DNA of 20,000 nt from the IMG/VR virus record IMGVR_UViG_3300036836_000008; one strand, given 5' to 3'. The notes beneath the pieces are model-generated. The model made no database searches, had not been told where the DNA came from, and was given only the letters and a program-made list of their open reading frames with translations. Numbering within the stretch: the first letter of the stretch is position 1; every line of letters starts with the position of its first letter. The position numbers and the translations under genes are program-made. Below are positions 1 through 9,700 of the stretch, piece after piece. This stretch comes from an uncultured virus (IMG/VR IMGVR_UViG_3300036836_000008) (taxonomy: Duplodnaviria > Heunggongvirae > Uroviricota > Caudoviricetes).

Positions 1-375
1 AGCATACTTAGCTAACGGTGCTGTAGTAATGTTGTTAACGATAACGTCAAGAATAGCTGAAGGAGTAATAGTACCAATACCAATTCTGACAGCATCTCCT
101 AGTAAGAGATTGCTCAAGAATGTAGTACCTGCTGTCAATAACTGAGTCCATGCTGCCGCAGTTGCATGCCAGAATGAAGCTTTGCCAGAATCGGTGTTGT
201 ACCTAGCCATACCATCGTACACGGTTGATGGAGGCAAAGCTTCCGTTGCCGGAACAAAGCCAATAGAGGAATCTAGTTTTTCTAGATTATCATTAAGATC
301 TGTAGCGACATTAATAGGCTCTGTACCATCATCGTCAGGCATGTAGAATCCGACACGTGGTGTGCTAGATGCCAT
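1..375 (-). CDS. Tail fibre / minor tail protein, N-terminal part (runs off the window start; absent from the ORF track)
   Basis: Translated by hand from ATG at 375: MASSTPRVGFYMPDDDGTEPINVATDLNDNLEKLDSSIG...RIGIGTITPSAILDV..., open to base 1. GGAGG RBS at 384-388. The N-terminus resembles phage tail-fibre anchors, and the GIGTxxP motif is typical of fibre repeats. Confidence 0.8.
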   Translation of the reverse strand, partial: MASSTPRVGFYMPDDDGTEPINVATDLNDNLEKLDSSIGFVPATEALPPSTVYDGMARYNTDSGKASFWHATAAAWTQLLTAGTTFLSNLLLGDAVRIGIGTITPSAILDVIVNNITTAPLAKYA

Positions 376-412
376 AAGTATTACCTCCAAGGTTTCTGAA
401 ATCTCTTTGATT

Positions 413-420
413 ACATCGGT
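413..420 (-). promoter_or_regulatory. Putative late-promoter -10 box ACCGATGT
   Basis: One of four intergenic RCCGATRW copies; about 38 nt upstream of the tail-fibre ATG. Confidence 0.5.
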
Positions 421-470
421 AGTGAAGTGTAGGCTCCTGTGAGGGACACATACTTACCTACACTTCAACT
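421..470. repeat. Inverted repeat / hairpin (possible terminator, processing site or operator)
   Basis: Perfect 11-bp inverted repeat TGAAGTGTAGG (423-433) / CCTACACTTCA (457-467), with inner TGTG/CACA pairing. No U-tract. Confidence 0.55.
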
Positions 471-488
471 CACTCCATAGACTGCTGC

Positions 489-3400
489 TTACTTGACGTA
501 TACGATAGTTAAGACAGGCTCATTACTTTGACCATTACCGTTGAATCTACCGTATTGAGTCTTGCTACCAGATGTAGGACCAAGAGCGATACCTTTAGAA
601 GCCCCACTCTTGAATTCATTTCCAATAGTAGTTCCCAGACTTACTTTTCTTTTACCTGGCTTCGGCCAGTTTGAAGAAGATACTCGTTGTTCATTTACAC
701 GAGACCCTGCCCAAGAGCCAGGTCGTCCTGTATAATTGTGAGTACCTATCCTAGCTGTTCCGCCATCGTTCCAATACCAGTGATTTGCATACAAAGTAAT
801 GTAGCAAGCCTTAATGGTCGCACCCTTAAGATCAGCCATAATCTGCCTATAATCGAAGCCCATAAGAGATCTAGCATCATTTAGCCAGCTATCGTAACCA
901 GAGTCTCCCTGCACCATGGTATTTCCATGAGATGAAGAGTAATCTCCATTAGAACGATATGTGCCAGACCAAGTACATGAGTAGTTCTTGGTGTAGGTAA
1001 TCTTAGGCTTAGGTGCTGGTGGCTTTTCTGCTGCTGGAATTGGGGCTGGTGCATTATATTCATCTACACCGGCATCATTTACAATAACAGTGTTAGTCTG
1101 AGGCATACCTACGTCCTCAACCCAGATAAGTGTTGTAGATTCCACACCAGATGCTCCAAGAGCATTCACAACAGCATTAGCTCCAGCAACACCTACAGCA
1201 TAGAAAGACCACAAAATTCTATGTAACCCTGGTGTAAACGTACCGGCATAGATGATCTGTGCCCCCATGTTGGAGTTAGCTCCAACGGCCGGAGCAGTAA
1301 TGGACTGCTGAATATGAGGTAGAGCTAGAGTAGGTTGATTTTCCCCTCCATCACGTAAACGCATAGACAGTCGTGCACCATCAACAGTAGATTCCCATTC
1401 TGTTACAGCACAGATCATGTAAGTACGAGATTCCTCAGCAATAAAGCTGATCTCCAGGAATCCTCGCTCTACACCAGGACCACCACCAGGATAAGGCTCG
1501 CTATAAGTGCCTATAGCAATAACACCTCTACCGATAGGGTCGATAATTTCTTCCTTAAGCAAAGCGCCATTCATAGTGATGTCATTTGCTACAGAAATAC
1601 TCTGGAAAGATCCCCTACCTGTACCATCAATACCAGCCAGTGTAGCGGTAGGATCTTCCAGATCCTTAATTAGCAGGAAGTTTCCATTAGTTCCTGGATT
1701 ACCTAGTAGAGAAACTGTAGGATCATCTTCTTCAGAGAAGATTCGGAATCCTTCAAAGTTCATTTCTGCTCTAGCGCCAGATTCAGCAGTCTTAATGACT
1801 CCTGCTAGAATAATGGATGAACTGATAGTACCAGCAGTAATCTTAGATGCAGTCAAATCACTGATATGCGCATCATCAATGAGATTGATAGTAGAAGTAA
1901 CTGCGTTAGATGGTGAAGATTTGTTTCCTGCACGATCTACAGCGATAACTCTAACCCAAACATCCTCAGTATTCTCCAAGGAGAAGGTCTGAATGACCGG
2001 GGTACCTGAGCGAATTAAGCCCTGGTCAGCAATTACCTTACCAACCATGGTTTCTTCAGAAGGATAAAAAGCTGGACCACCTACATGCACTTCTAGATGT
2101 GCCATGTCTGGTGGCAGATTGAATGTACCACCAGTAGCTTGCCCTAGATAGTGTGTAATCTGCACACCAAGCATGCTTGAAGCAACTACAGGAGGAGCAG
2201 GGCGAGGTGGAGCGATGGTATCGCTTTGTGCCTCAAAGGTGAAAGTAGGAGACCAATCAGAAAAGTGCTGTGGTGTAGATGAGTCTACTGCACGAATTTG
2301 AATTTCGTACACTACTCCAGGAGTTAATTCTTGGATAACGGTAGATAATTCATCAAATCCTACATAAAGAATCTGCCAACCAGCATTAGTAATAGGTGGA
2401 ATAGTAGGCTGTCCCCAGGTGTATACTTCATCCCAGGTTAATCCTTCTACTTCACCCCAGGTAGCAGAATAGTCCGCAGTCACATCTGGACGGTACCTCA
2501 ACTCGAAATGATGTCCATCTGTAATAACAGACCCATCTGTGTTAGTAGGTAAAGTCCATGAGATTTCTGCCTGAGCACGCACAGATACGCCATCAGCAGG
2601 ATAGTATACATTGCTGTATACTGTAGTGAATTCTGGAGTTGACGGAACAGTCTTATCTCCTGGTGCTACTGGCACCCAAAAACCATTGCTGAAAGTTAAT
2701 ACATCTCCATCAACAGGATTAGGAATTACTACATCACGCAATCCTGCTAGAGTTACTTGTTCAATTAAAGTAGCAGCACTAATAGCACTACCGAGGGATG
2801 TGCCTCCGGCAGCGCTAGATGCAGATAGATTATCTACAGCGGCTTTTAGTCTTTCAGCTAACAATTCCATTCTTGATTGTAGAGTAAGTTCAACAAGAGT
2901 ATCACCATCGATAAGCTGGATAGCAATACCTACAACTCTCCACTGAGCTGCGGCTACTTGTCCACGAGAATTAACAGTTTCTACTGTAATCCAATCGCCT
3001 ACATCGTAGTCTACAAATGGACGTCTGCCCTGCTGGTCGAAGGTAACCCCAACTCTCCAAGAAGATTTCTCATCCTTAAGATCCTGCAATGAGGAATCAA
3101 GAACTTGAGCTAGTGAAGTCAGGTCATTTGCATTTCCAGCAGAAATAAAAGCCTCACGACGCTGAAATGCACTAATAGACTCGCTATCTTCGACATAAGC
3201 ATACTGCCCAGCAGCATTCTTACCTACAATAGCATTAGCTATGCCTTCACGATTACGAGTTCTATCCTTAGAGACCTGAGATCCTGCTTCATGGAATACT
3301 ACATCCTCCTTAGTAAAATATACTGGAGGAATAGTAACATCTTCTTTTGTTTTCTGATAAGCCTTTAAGACGAAATCAGGCTCCATAATCCAATCAGCCT

Positions 3401-5042
3401 GCTGAACCTGAGTTAATGTCTGAAGGGCTTGAGATAGTTTAGTGCCTTCAGAGACATCGATATCAGGTTTGCCGATCCAAGCTAATCCACGTGAATCAAC
3501 TTCATCAGTAAAATCTAGGGTTACATAAGGAATAACGCCTCTACCCTGGGCAGCTTCAAGTAACCCACGAAACTTCTGCATAGTAGTTTGCGTAGTCGGA
3601 ATATTAGCATTGTTAAGCTGGAATAGATAAGCAGAGATAGGAGGAGCTACACCAGTAGGCCCAGCAATTTCTACAGTGAACTGTAAAATTACTTTATTGT
3701 TAGGCCAATTGTATGCAGAGCGGAATCTCTCAGTCCATGTAGAGTTATCTGGTGAGGTATCAAAAACGATTTCACCATTATCTTCACGAATTCTCCAGTA
3801 CCTCTGCTCTGAAGTGGAATATTGCCACTCTTCCTGGGCTACTTCATTGTTGTTGACAACTTCAGCTACAAGACGATGATTGTTACCAATTCTCTGAGTA
3901 TACATTCTAGCCATGTGAGTACGATCAAGAGTCTGGTATTCCAGGTCTTCAATAATGTCAGGTGCGTGGCCTACAATCATTGCTGTGGTAGCCTGACCAC
4001 CACTAGTGGTGGTAGATGGAAGTGGCTCAACTCCAACAGACACACCTGAATCAACAATATCCCAGGCTCCGCGCGCAGTTAAGCTATTGCTTCCAGCTTC
4101 GGTAAGAGTCATTCTAAGATGACCGTAGTTATCATCCTCAGGCAATTCTCCAATAAAGTTCTTAATCTGTGTCTGACGAGCAATTTCAGCAGTATTAGCA
4201 GCAATGAGTTTGTTAGTTTTATCCAGCTCTAATTTAGCAGCATTAAGTTGCTTAAGAGCTTCGGCCTTCTCTGCGGCTGTAGAGCCGCTATCCTTCATTA
4301 CTAATCCATAATCAGCTACTTCATCGTTGTACTGATCGATGTCATTGTCTTTTTGCTCAAGAAGTTGAGCTTTTTCTTGGTTTAGTCTATCCAAGTTCTG
4401 TTCTGCTTCTCGGCGCATACCTAGAGAAGTATAAGACATACCTTTGATAGCAATCCATAGATCATTGTTCAATGCCTCGCCAGAGAAGTCATCTTGGAAT
4501 GTCTCAAGCTTAAAGGTAATGTCGTCAGGGAAACCAACAGGGTATACGGATGCCCACTCAAGCACACGAGCAATCCCAGATCCGGTTACAGTAACTGTTT
4601 TGACTTCATTAGCATTTAGCATGGAATCTGCTACAGCAGTACCTAGTGCTTGAAATACTACTCTACCATCAAATCTGATTTCCCATAGATTTTCGTGATC
4701 GATTAATGTTTCTACATTGTATCCACTAGTCTGCCTCATTAAAGGATGATTCATGTCTAATGAAAATGAAGCGGCACCGATTGCGCTTAATTCTTTAGAA
4801 AAAGTCAATGATGTCATATCAGTAGTTCTTAATAGAACTGTCTGGAAATCAAAATGGGCACGACAAATCAACTCCCATCCTACACTTCCGTAAGGAGTTT
4901 CCTCCTCAGACATCTGAGCACTAAGTGAGAATGGAAGTCTTTTAGGCAATACTCCAGTCAACCCATAGGCTTTTGTTTCAGCAGGTCTTACCAAACCGCC
5001 TAATGCGAATGGAATCCTATGAGGTAGTGATGCTAGACTCAT
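489..5042 (-). CDS. Large multidomain minor tail protein (Tal/baseplate-hub-like, with FN3-like domains and a C-terminal receptor-binding-like domain), 1517 aa
   Basis: Long ORF downstream of Dit. Hub-like signatures (LSAIGAASFSL, DYDVGDWITV), FN3-like segments (ELTPGVVYEIQIRAVD, VRVIAVDRAGNKS), ITAGTI motif, and C-terminal LKGATIKACYITLY...PVLTIVY. Confidence 0.85.
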   Translation of the reverse strand: MSLASLPHRIPFALGGLVRPAETKAYGLTGVLPKRLPFSLSAQMSEEETPYGSVGWELICRAHFDFQTVLLRTTDMTSLTFSKELSAIGAASFSLDMNHPLMRQTSGYNVETLIDHENLWEIRFDGRVVFQALGTAVADSMLNANEVKTVTVTGSGIARVLEWASVYPVGFPDDITFKLETFQDDFSGEALNNDLWIAIKGMSYTSLGMRREAEQNLDRLNQEKAQLLEQKDNDIDQYNDEVADYGLVMKDSGSTAAEKAEALKQLNAAKLELDKTNKLIAANTAEIARQTQIKNFIGELPEDDNYGHLRMTLTEAGSNSLTARGAWDIVDSGVSVGVEPLPSTTTSGGQATTAMIVGHAPDIIEDLEYQTLDRTHMARMYTQRIGNNHRLVAEVVNNNEVAQEEWQYSTSEQRYWRIREDNGEIVFDTSPDNSTWTERFRSAYNWPNNKVILQFTVEIAGPTGVAPPISAYLFQLNNANIPTTQTTMQKFRGLLEAAQGRGVIPYVTLDFTDEVDSRGLAWIGKPDIDVSEGTKLSQALQTLTQVQQADWIMEPDFVLKAYQKTKEDVTIPPVYFTKEDVVFHEAGSQVSKDRTRNREGIANAIVGKNAAGQYAYVEDSESISAFQRREAFISAGNANDLTSLAQVLDSSLQDLKDEKSSWRVGVTFDQQGRRPFVDYDVGDWITVETVNSRGQVAAAQWRVVGIAIQLIDGDTLVELTLQSRMELLAERLKAAVDNLSASSAAGGTSLGSAISAATLIEQVTLAGLRDVVIPNPVDGDVLTFSNGFWVPVAPGDKTVPSTPEFTTVYSNVYYPADGVSVRAQAEISWTLPTNTDGSVITDGHHFELRYRPDVTADYSATWGEVEGLTWDEVYTWGQPTIPPITNAGWQILYVGFDELSTVIQELTPGVVYEIQIRAVDSSTPQHFSDWSPTFTFEAQSDTIAPPRPAPPVVASSMLGVQITHYLGQATGGTFNLPPDMAHLEVHVGGPAFYPSEETMVGKVIADQGLIRSGTPVIQTFSLENTEDVWVRVIAVDRAGNKSSPSNAVTSTINLIDDAHISDLTASKITAGTISSSIILAGVIKTAESGARAEMNFEGFRIFSEEDDPTVSLLGNPGTNGNFLLIKDLEDPTATLAGIDGTGRGSFQSISVANDITMNGALLKEEIIDPIGRGVIAIGTYSEPYPGGGPGVERGFLEISFIAEESRTYMICAVTEWESTVDGARLSMRLRDGGENQPTLALPHIQQSITAPAVGANSNMGAQIIYAGTFTPGLHRILWSFYAVGVAGANAVVNALGASGVESTTLIWVEDVGMPQTNTVIVNDAGVDEYNAPAPIPAAEKPPAPKPKITYTKNYSCTWSGTYRSNGDYSSSHGNTMVQGDSGYDSWLNDARSLMGFDYRQIMADLKGATIKACYITLYANHWYWNDGGTARIGTHNYTGRPGSWAGSRVNEQRVSSSNWPKPGKRKVSLGTTIGNEFKSGASKGIALGPTSGSKTQYGRFNGNGQSNEPVLTIVYVK

Positions 5043-5059
5043 GGTCTTTCACTCCTATA

Positions 5060-5881
5060 TTAGACGATTGCAAGTTTCTTTACTCGCATGTAAGATGATC
5101 CACGAATGATAGTTGCAGTAGCATTGGAAGTATTCTGAGCATGACGGAACACTACGGTTCCGCCAGTAGCGCTTGTAGTAATAATGAATCTTTCCTGAAT
5201 GCTTACTGGTGCGCCAGGCTCAGCAGAGGCAAGACCGTACCCGATTTCACCAGAGAAGGTATACGCACCTAAGTTAACAGTAGCGTTATTACGGTTTGTA
5301 ATGCTTGTAGCCGGACCAAATACACTACGTGTTCCTGAAGCTCCTGATGGCACACCCCAAGCAATTCTTACGTCTCCACCTGCAACTCCAGAAACTACAG
5401 CAAACAATTCTACTGCATAGCGGCTGTTAGCTTCAGCGGTGAATTTCAGAACAGTGTCATCGTTCAAAGTAGTATCAGATGAATAGCTCTGATCTACATC
5501 CTTAAAGATAAGCCATTCTTCATCCCAAGCAGACACAGGTAGCCCATGTACTGCTCCAGGAGTTTCGGTTGCCATATGATCCTGAGGTTCCTGAAAATCA
5601 CGAGCAGATACTCCGTGAACAATAACAGATCCCGCAGCATGACTTTTAGCTGTAGTACCATCTTGAGCACGAGTGACAAGTAAGACTCCTGGTGAGCCAG
5701 GCTTTGGTCCTGTTACAGTAACTAATTCTTCGTTTGATGTGTCAGGCTCTAATCTAAGTGTGTAAGGGTACTGGCCTGGGAAGCCTGTAGTTGAAGTAGG
5801 TGTCAATTCTGTAGCGCCGACAGAGATTCCTCCGATGTCGGCTAAGGTAGTAAGTACTGCTACATTGCTGTAATATCTCAT
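5060..5881 (-). CDS. Minor tail protein, 273 aa
   Basis: EELVTVTG...VTRAQDGTTAKSHAAGSVIVH motif common in tail proteins; beta-rich C-terminal domain; GGAG RBS; tail-module position. Confidence 0.8.
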   Translation of the reverse strand: MRYYSNVAVLTTLADIGGISVGATELTPTSTTGFPGQYPYTLRLEPDTSNEELVTVTGPKPGSPGVLLVTRAQDGTTAKSHAAGSVIVHGVSARDFQEPQDHMATETPGAVHGLPVSAWDEEWLIFKDVDQSYSSDTTLNDDTVLKFTAEANSRYAVELFAVVSGVAGGDVRIAWGVPSGASGTRSVFGPATSITNRNNATVNLGAYTFSGEIGYGLASAEPGAPVSIQERFIITTSATGGTVVFRHAQNTSNATATIIRGSSYMRVKKLAIV

Positions 5882-5941
5882 TATTCTCCATTTAAGCTAT
5901 GGTTGCTTTTATGCAACTCCTGGTGTCTTAAGCTTCCACGC

Positions 5942-6781
5942 TTACAGGTATGCAGGTCGAAACTTCAGCACTACATCACCTGAGCTATTTCCTAAAGATG
6001 TTAGTTTTAGGGTGTTGTCTCCCTTATTCAGTCTCATCCAATACTGATTTCCTGAATGGGATACTGAGCCTACAAGATTACTATTATCGAAGGTGTTAAC
6101 AACTGTAAACTCACCAACATCTACAAGTACATCATCGGCAATTACTGCGGTGTTCAATCTCATCCACACATTAGGCTCTACTGTCTCATTAACAATAGTT
6201 GGTGAAACCAGTTCTCCATTAAATGTCATATTAATTGTTTTAGACACCGCAATATCGCCAGGGTTGTTCACTACTACCGGGACATCTGGATCTAAATTAA
6301 CAATTAATTCTGGCCCGTAGAACCACGGATCTGCGAGAAGCAGGTCTACAGCAAAATCTGCTCGTGTACGCCCAGTCATGGTAGGGTCCATGGTTCCGGC
6401 CAACTCACATAAAGCAGATGCCTCACGCAACACAGGAGTTCCTGCATTCTCCCACCATCTACGAGTAAGAGTTAGCTGTTCTCCTGGAGACCAGAAAAGT
6501 TGCTGAAGTGTGCGCCAGTTATCGTTGAATTGAACAACCTGATTAGTAGATGGCTGGTCTAGATCTGGGTCGATACCAGCCACCCACATAGCTAATGTAA
6601 TAACTCTGGAATCAGCTTTCTTTTCTCGAAAGTTCCTACCTTCCTTGTTAGGAATTAAGGTGTTATCTCCACGGAGTTTAGGAACTGCCCAGCGTGATCC
6701 TCCTACAGTCTTAATAGACCAGCAGTACTGGTTAAGAGATACTCCGTTGATATCCCAGAATTCTTCAGAGCTGTTACTCAT
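5942..6781 (-). CDS. Distal tail protein (Dit-like), 279 aa
   Basis: Directly after the tape measure gene. SRVITL, LLADPWFYG, NPGD and LNKGDNTLKL motifs typical of siphophage Dit. GGAGG RBS. Confidence 0.85.
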   Translation of the reverse strand: MSNSSEEFWDINGVSLNQYCWSIKTVGGSRWAVPKLRGDNTLIPNKEGRNFREKKADSRVITLAMWVAGIDPDLDQPSTNQVVQFNDNWRTLQQLFWSPGEQLTLTRRWWENAGTPVLREASALCELAGTMDPTMTGRTRADFAVDLLLADPWFYGPELIVNLDPDVPVVVNNPGDIAVSKTINMTFNGELVSPTIVNETVEPNVWMRLNTAVIADDVLVDVGEFTVVNTFDNSNLVGSVSHSGNQYWMRLNKGDNTLKLTSLGNSSGDVVLKFRPAYL

Positions 6782-6793
6782 ATCCTACCCTCC

Positions 6794-9700
6794 TTAGAAA
6801 AGTAGCTGTGTTCTGTAAAGAGCATTTCTGATGGAATCTCCACCACGCTCAGGTGCAGGGTTATTAATAATAATGTCGCCAAAAGTAGTTCCATTATCTG
6901 TTGAATTGTTTACTACGCTGCTGGCCGCAGGTGATAGTGATCTAGGTGTTGACGGCAATGGAGTATTCATACTTGGCAACCCTCCACCGATATTCATCAT
7001 ATTCATAAGATCAACCAAACCACCTTGACGGAATGCCCAGTGTAGGTGCGCATTCCCGCCAGCCCAATTGTGCTGATTCCAAACAGCTCCAGTATAACGA
7101 TGAGGCTTACCGTTGTGCAGGTTAAGATCCTGGAATGGAGTAATAAGTTCCTTAGTTCTTGAACCATAGTTCGCTCTAATCCATGCGGCAACCTCACGGC
7201 TAGGGTGAAGGTCAACTGCGCGACCTAATGCGTGGTAAGATCTGTTTCCTGACAAAGTTCTGGAATTTGGTCGGTATCCAGAAATTAAAGGCAAACCTGG
7301 GAATTGCTTACGCAATACAGTCATCTGCCAACGCCAGCCACCAGAGCCTGAGCCTTCTCCTAGGCCACCCATATTGGTAGCCCAATCTTTATCGATTAAG
7401 GTATTACCAACAGTAGTAGGGAACGGCCACACGGCTCCACCACGTGCAAAGTGATGTCCACCTGTAGCACAAGCTACACACTTGCCGCTATGTACTGCTC
7501 CACCGGACTTGAAATTAACCATGTTGTCATCAGGTAATGCCTCAGAAATTGCAGCCCTATCCAACTTACGGGTACGGATAGCTTCCATAATAGGCATGCC
7601 GTAGTACTCGACAGCATCAGTAGGCTGAACGAATTCTCCATTAGACAACCAAGCCTGAATAGAGTCAGATGTTCTGGTCCCAGCACCCCAAACAGGTCCA
7701 CCGTTCTTGAATCCTGGAATTCCGTAACCGTCACCCCAACCCTTCATACCGGCCTGAGCCTTATTCTGCTCAACTTCACGCTGAGCTTCAGTCAAGCTCT
7801 TACCGCTCTGCAAGGATGCCTGAAGTGCCTTAAGGTCTTGCATCTGCTGCCATACAGCAGCATAGTTGGTTACCTTAAGGTTGGTTGCAACATCCTCAGG
7901 AACATCTCCATAAGTATCGATAAGTTTCTTGGTTTCCTTATTGGTACCAAAAGCCTTATCTGCTTCCTTCTGAAGCTCCTTAATTCTGTCACGGTGACGC
8001 TTAGTAGCTTCTTCCATAGGAACACCAGATGCGATATCCTGTAGATAAAGTTCACGAGTAGCCTGAGCGGCAGCCTGTAGCGCATCACGATTACGTAGAC
8101 CTTCACGAGTCTTTCTGCTTAAAGACTTGCCGTTAGATTCTACGGCATCCCTTAAGGTTAAAAGACTTGATTGCCAGGTTTCAGAAGCTTCGTTTGCACT
8201 GATTAGTACACCCTTCTCCTGGTTGATGATATCGCGCAATGCGCGAGACCTATCCGCAGCAGTAGATGTAGCACTAGACATGACATCCAGTGCATTAGAC
8301 AAAGTAGTAATTCTACTTTGAACTTCACCGATAGCTACAGAATTATCTACCTGACCTTGAGTCATTCCAGCTAGGCGCTCCTGATATGTCAAGGACATAC
8401 TGGATGCACGCTCAAGCACCTTAGTTTGAGTATCCTGAGCATTAGCTACTTCATTAATAGAATCCTTGAACTTCTGAGCTTCGATACGCTGCTCGCGGAA
8501 TGGCAATGCCGCAGTAGGTCCACCAGCATCAAATGCAGCGATCCTTAGGCGTTCCAAGTTTGCGATCTGTGCATCAAGTACAGAATTAACTCTGTTAAGA
8601 TCCTGCTCTTGGTTGTTTAGGGCACCAGAAACTGTGCGCAGAGTAAGTCCATACTGCGCAGCATTTCCAGCAATGTCACGGAACTTCTCATTAGTTTCCG
8701 CTAGGTTATTAACGTTTTCTGTATTTCCTTGTGAAAGATCTCCATATGCATTCTTCAATGCTAGGAATGCTTCTTTAGTATCCCTAGCTTCTTGCTTCTG
8801 ATCGTTAAGTTTTCCAATCAATGCTCCAGCGGCTACTGTAGCTCCGATAAGAGCTAGTCCCCATGGACCTCCTAGTAGACTTGTCAATCCACTAAGTGCA
8901 CCTCGTGCCAAACTACCTGCACTGCGTACACCATTTAATGCACGACTAAACCCGACAACCTGAGGTGTTGCACGAGAAGCAGCATTTCCAGTAGCTTCCG
9001 TAGCACGTCCCGCGCCACCATCAACTCCTCCAAGAGGAGTTGGAATCCTATTAGGCAGATTTGATTGTCCTGTAGTCTGCAAACCAGCTACTCCGCGAGC
9101 AGCATCAGCAAATGCACCAGACAGGTTTCCTCTGTTACGAGACATCCAAGTAAAGAAATCCCACAGCTTGAACAAACCTGTGAACCTAGCTACGATAGAA
9201 ACAGCAGCTAATGTAGCTAATGCGGCAGCTAGCCCTCCTAAGAAGTCACTAATAACAGGCAGACTTGCTAAACTGAAGATAACTTCAGCAAAGCTGGCTA
9301 GTACTGTAACGAATACACTAATAGCAGTTGCCGCACCAGACTCTAGGAAATCTGAAATAGCTTCTAAGAATCCGCCAAAAGCCTCTACTACAGTAACTGC
9401 AATTCCAGAATCATTAAGTTGCTGAATAATTCTCAGAATAGGCGGTAGTACATCGGTACGCAAAGAATCCAACAATGCAATCATCGTATCGATGTTGCTC
9501 TGGTTAGACGCTAGATCACCGATTCCTCGACCTAGATCTCGAATGAGGTCACCCATAGAAGAGAGTAGTGGCCTAATGCTTTCCATCCATTGACGCAAAG
9601 GTGAGTTAGCAGACTCTTGAGCTTCTGCTACATCAGCCCAATGAGCAGTAATGCTTTCCAGAGTACGTAGATAACTCTGTCCCTCATCTACTGTAGATGC

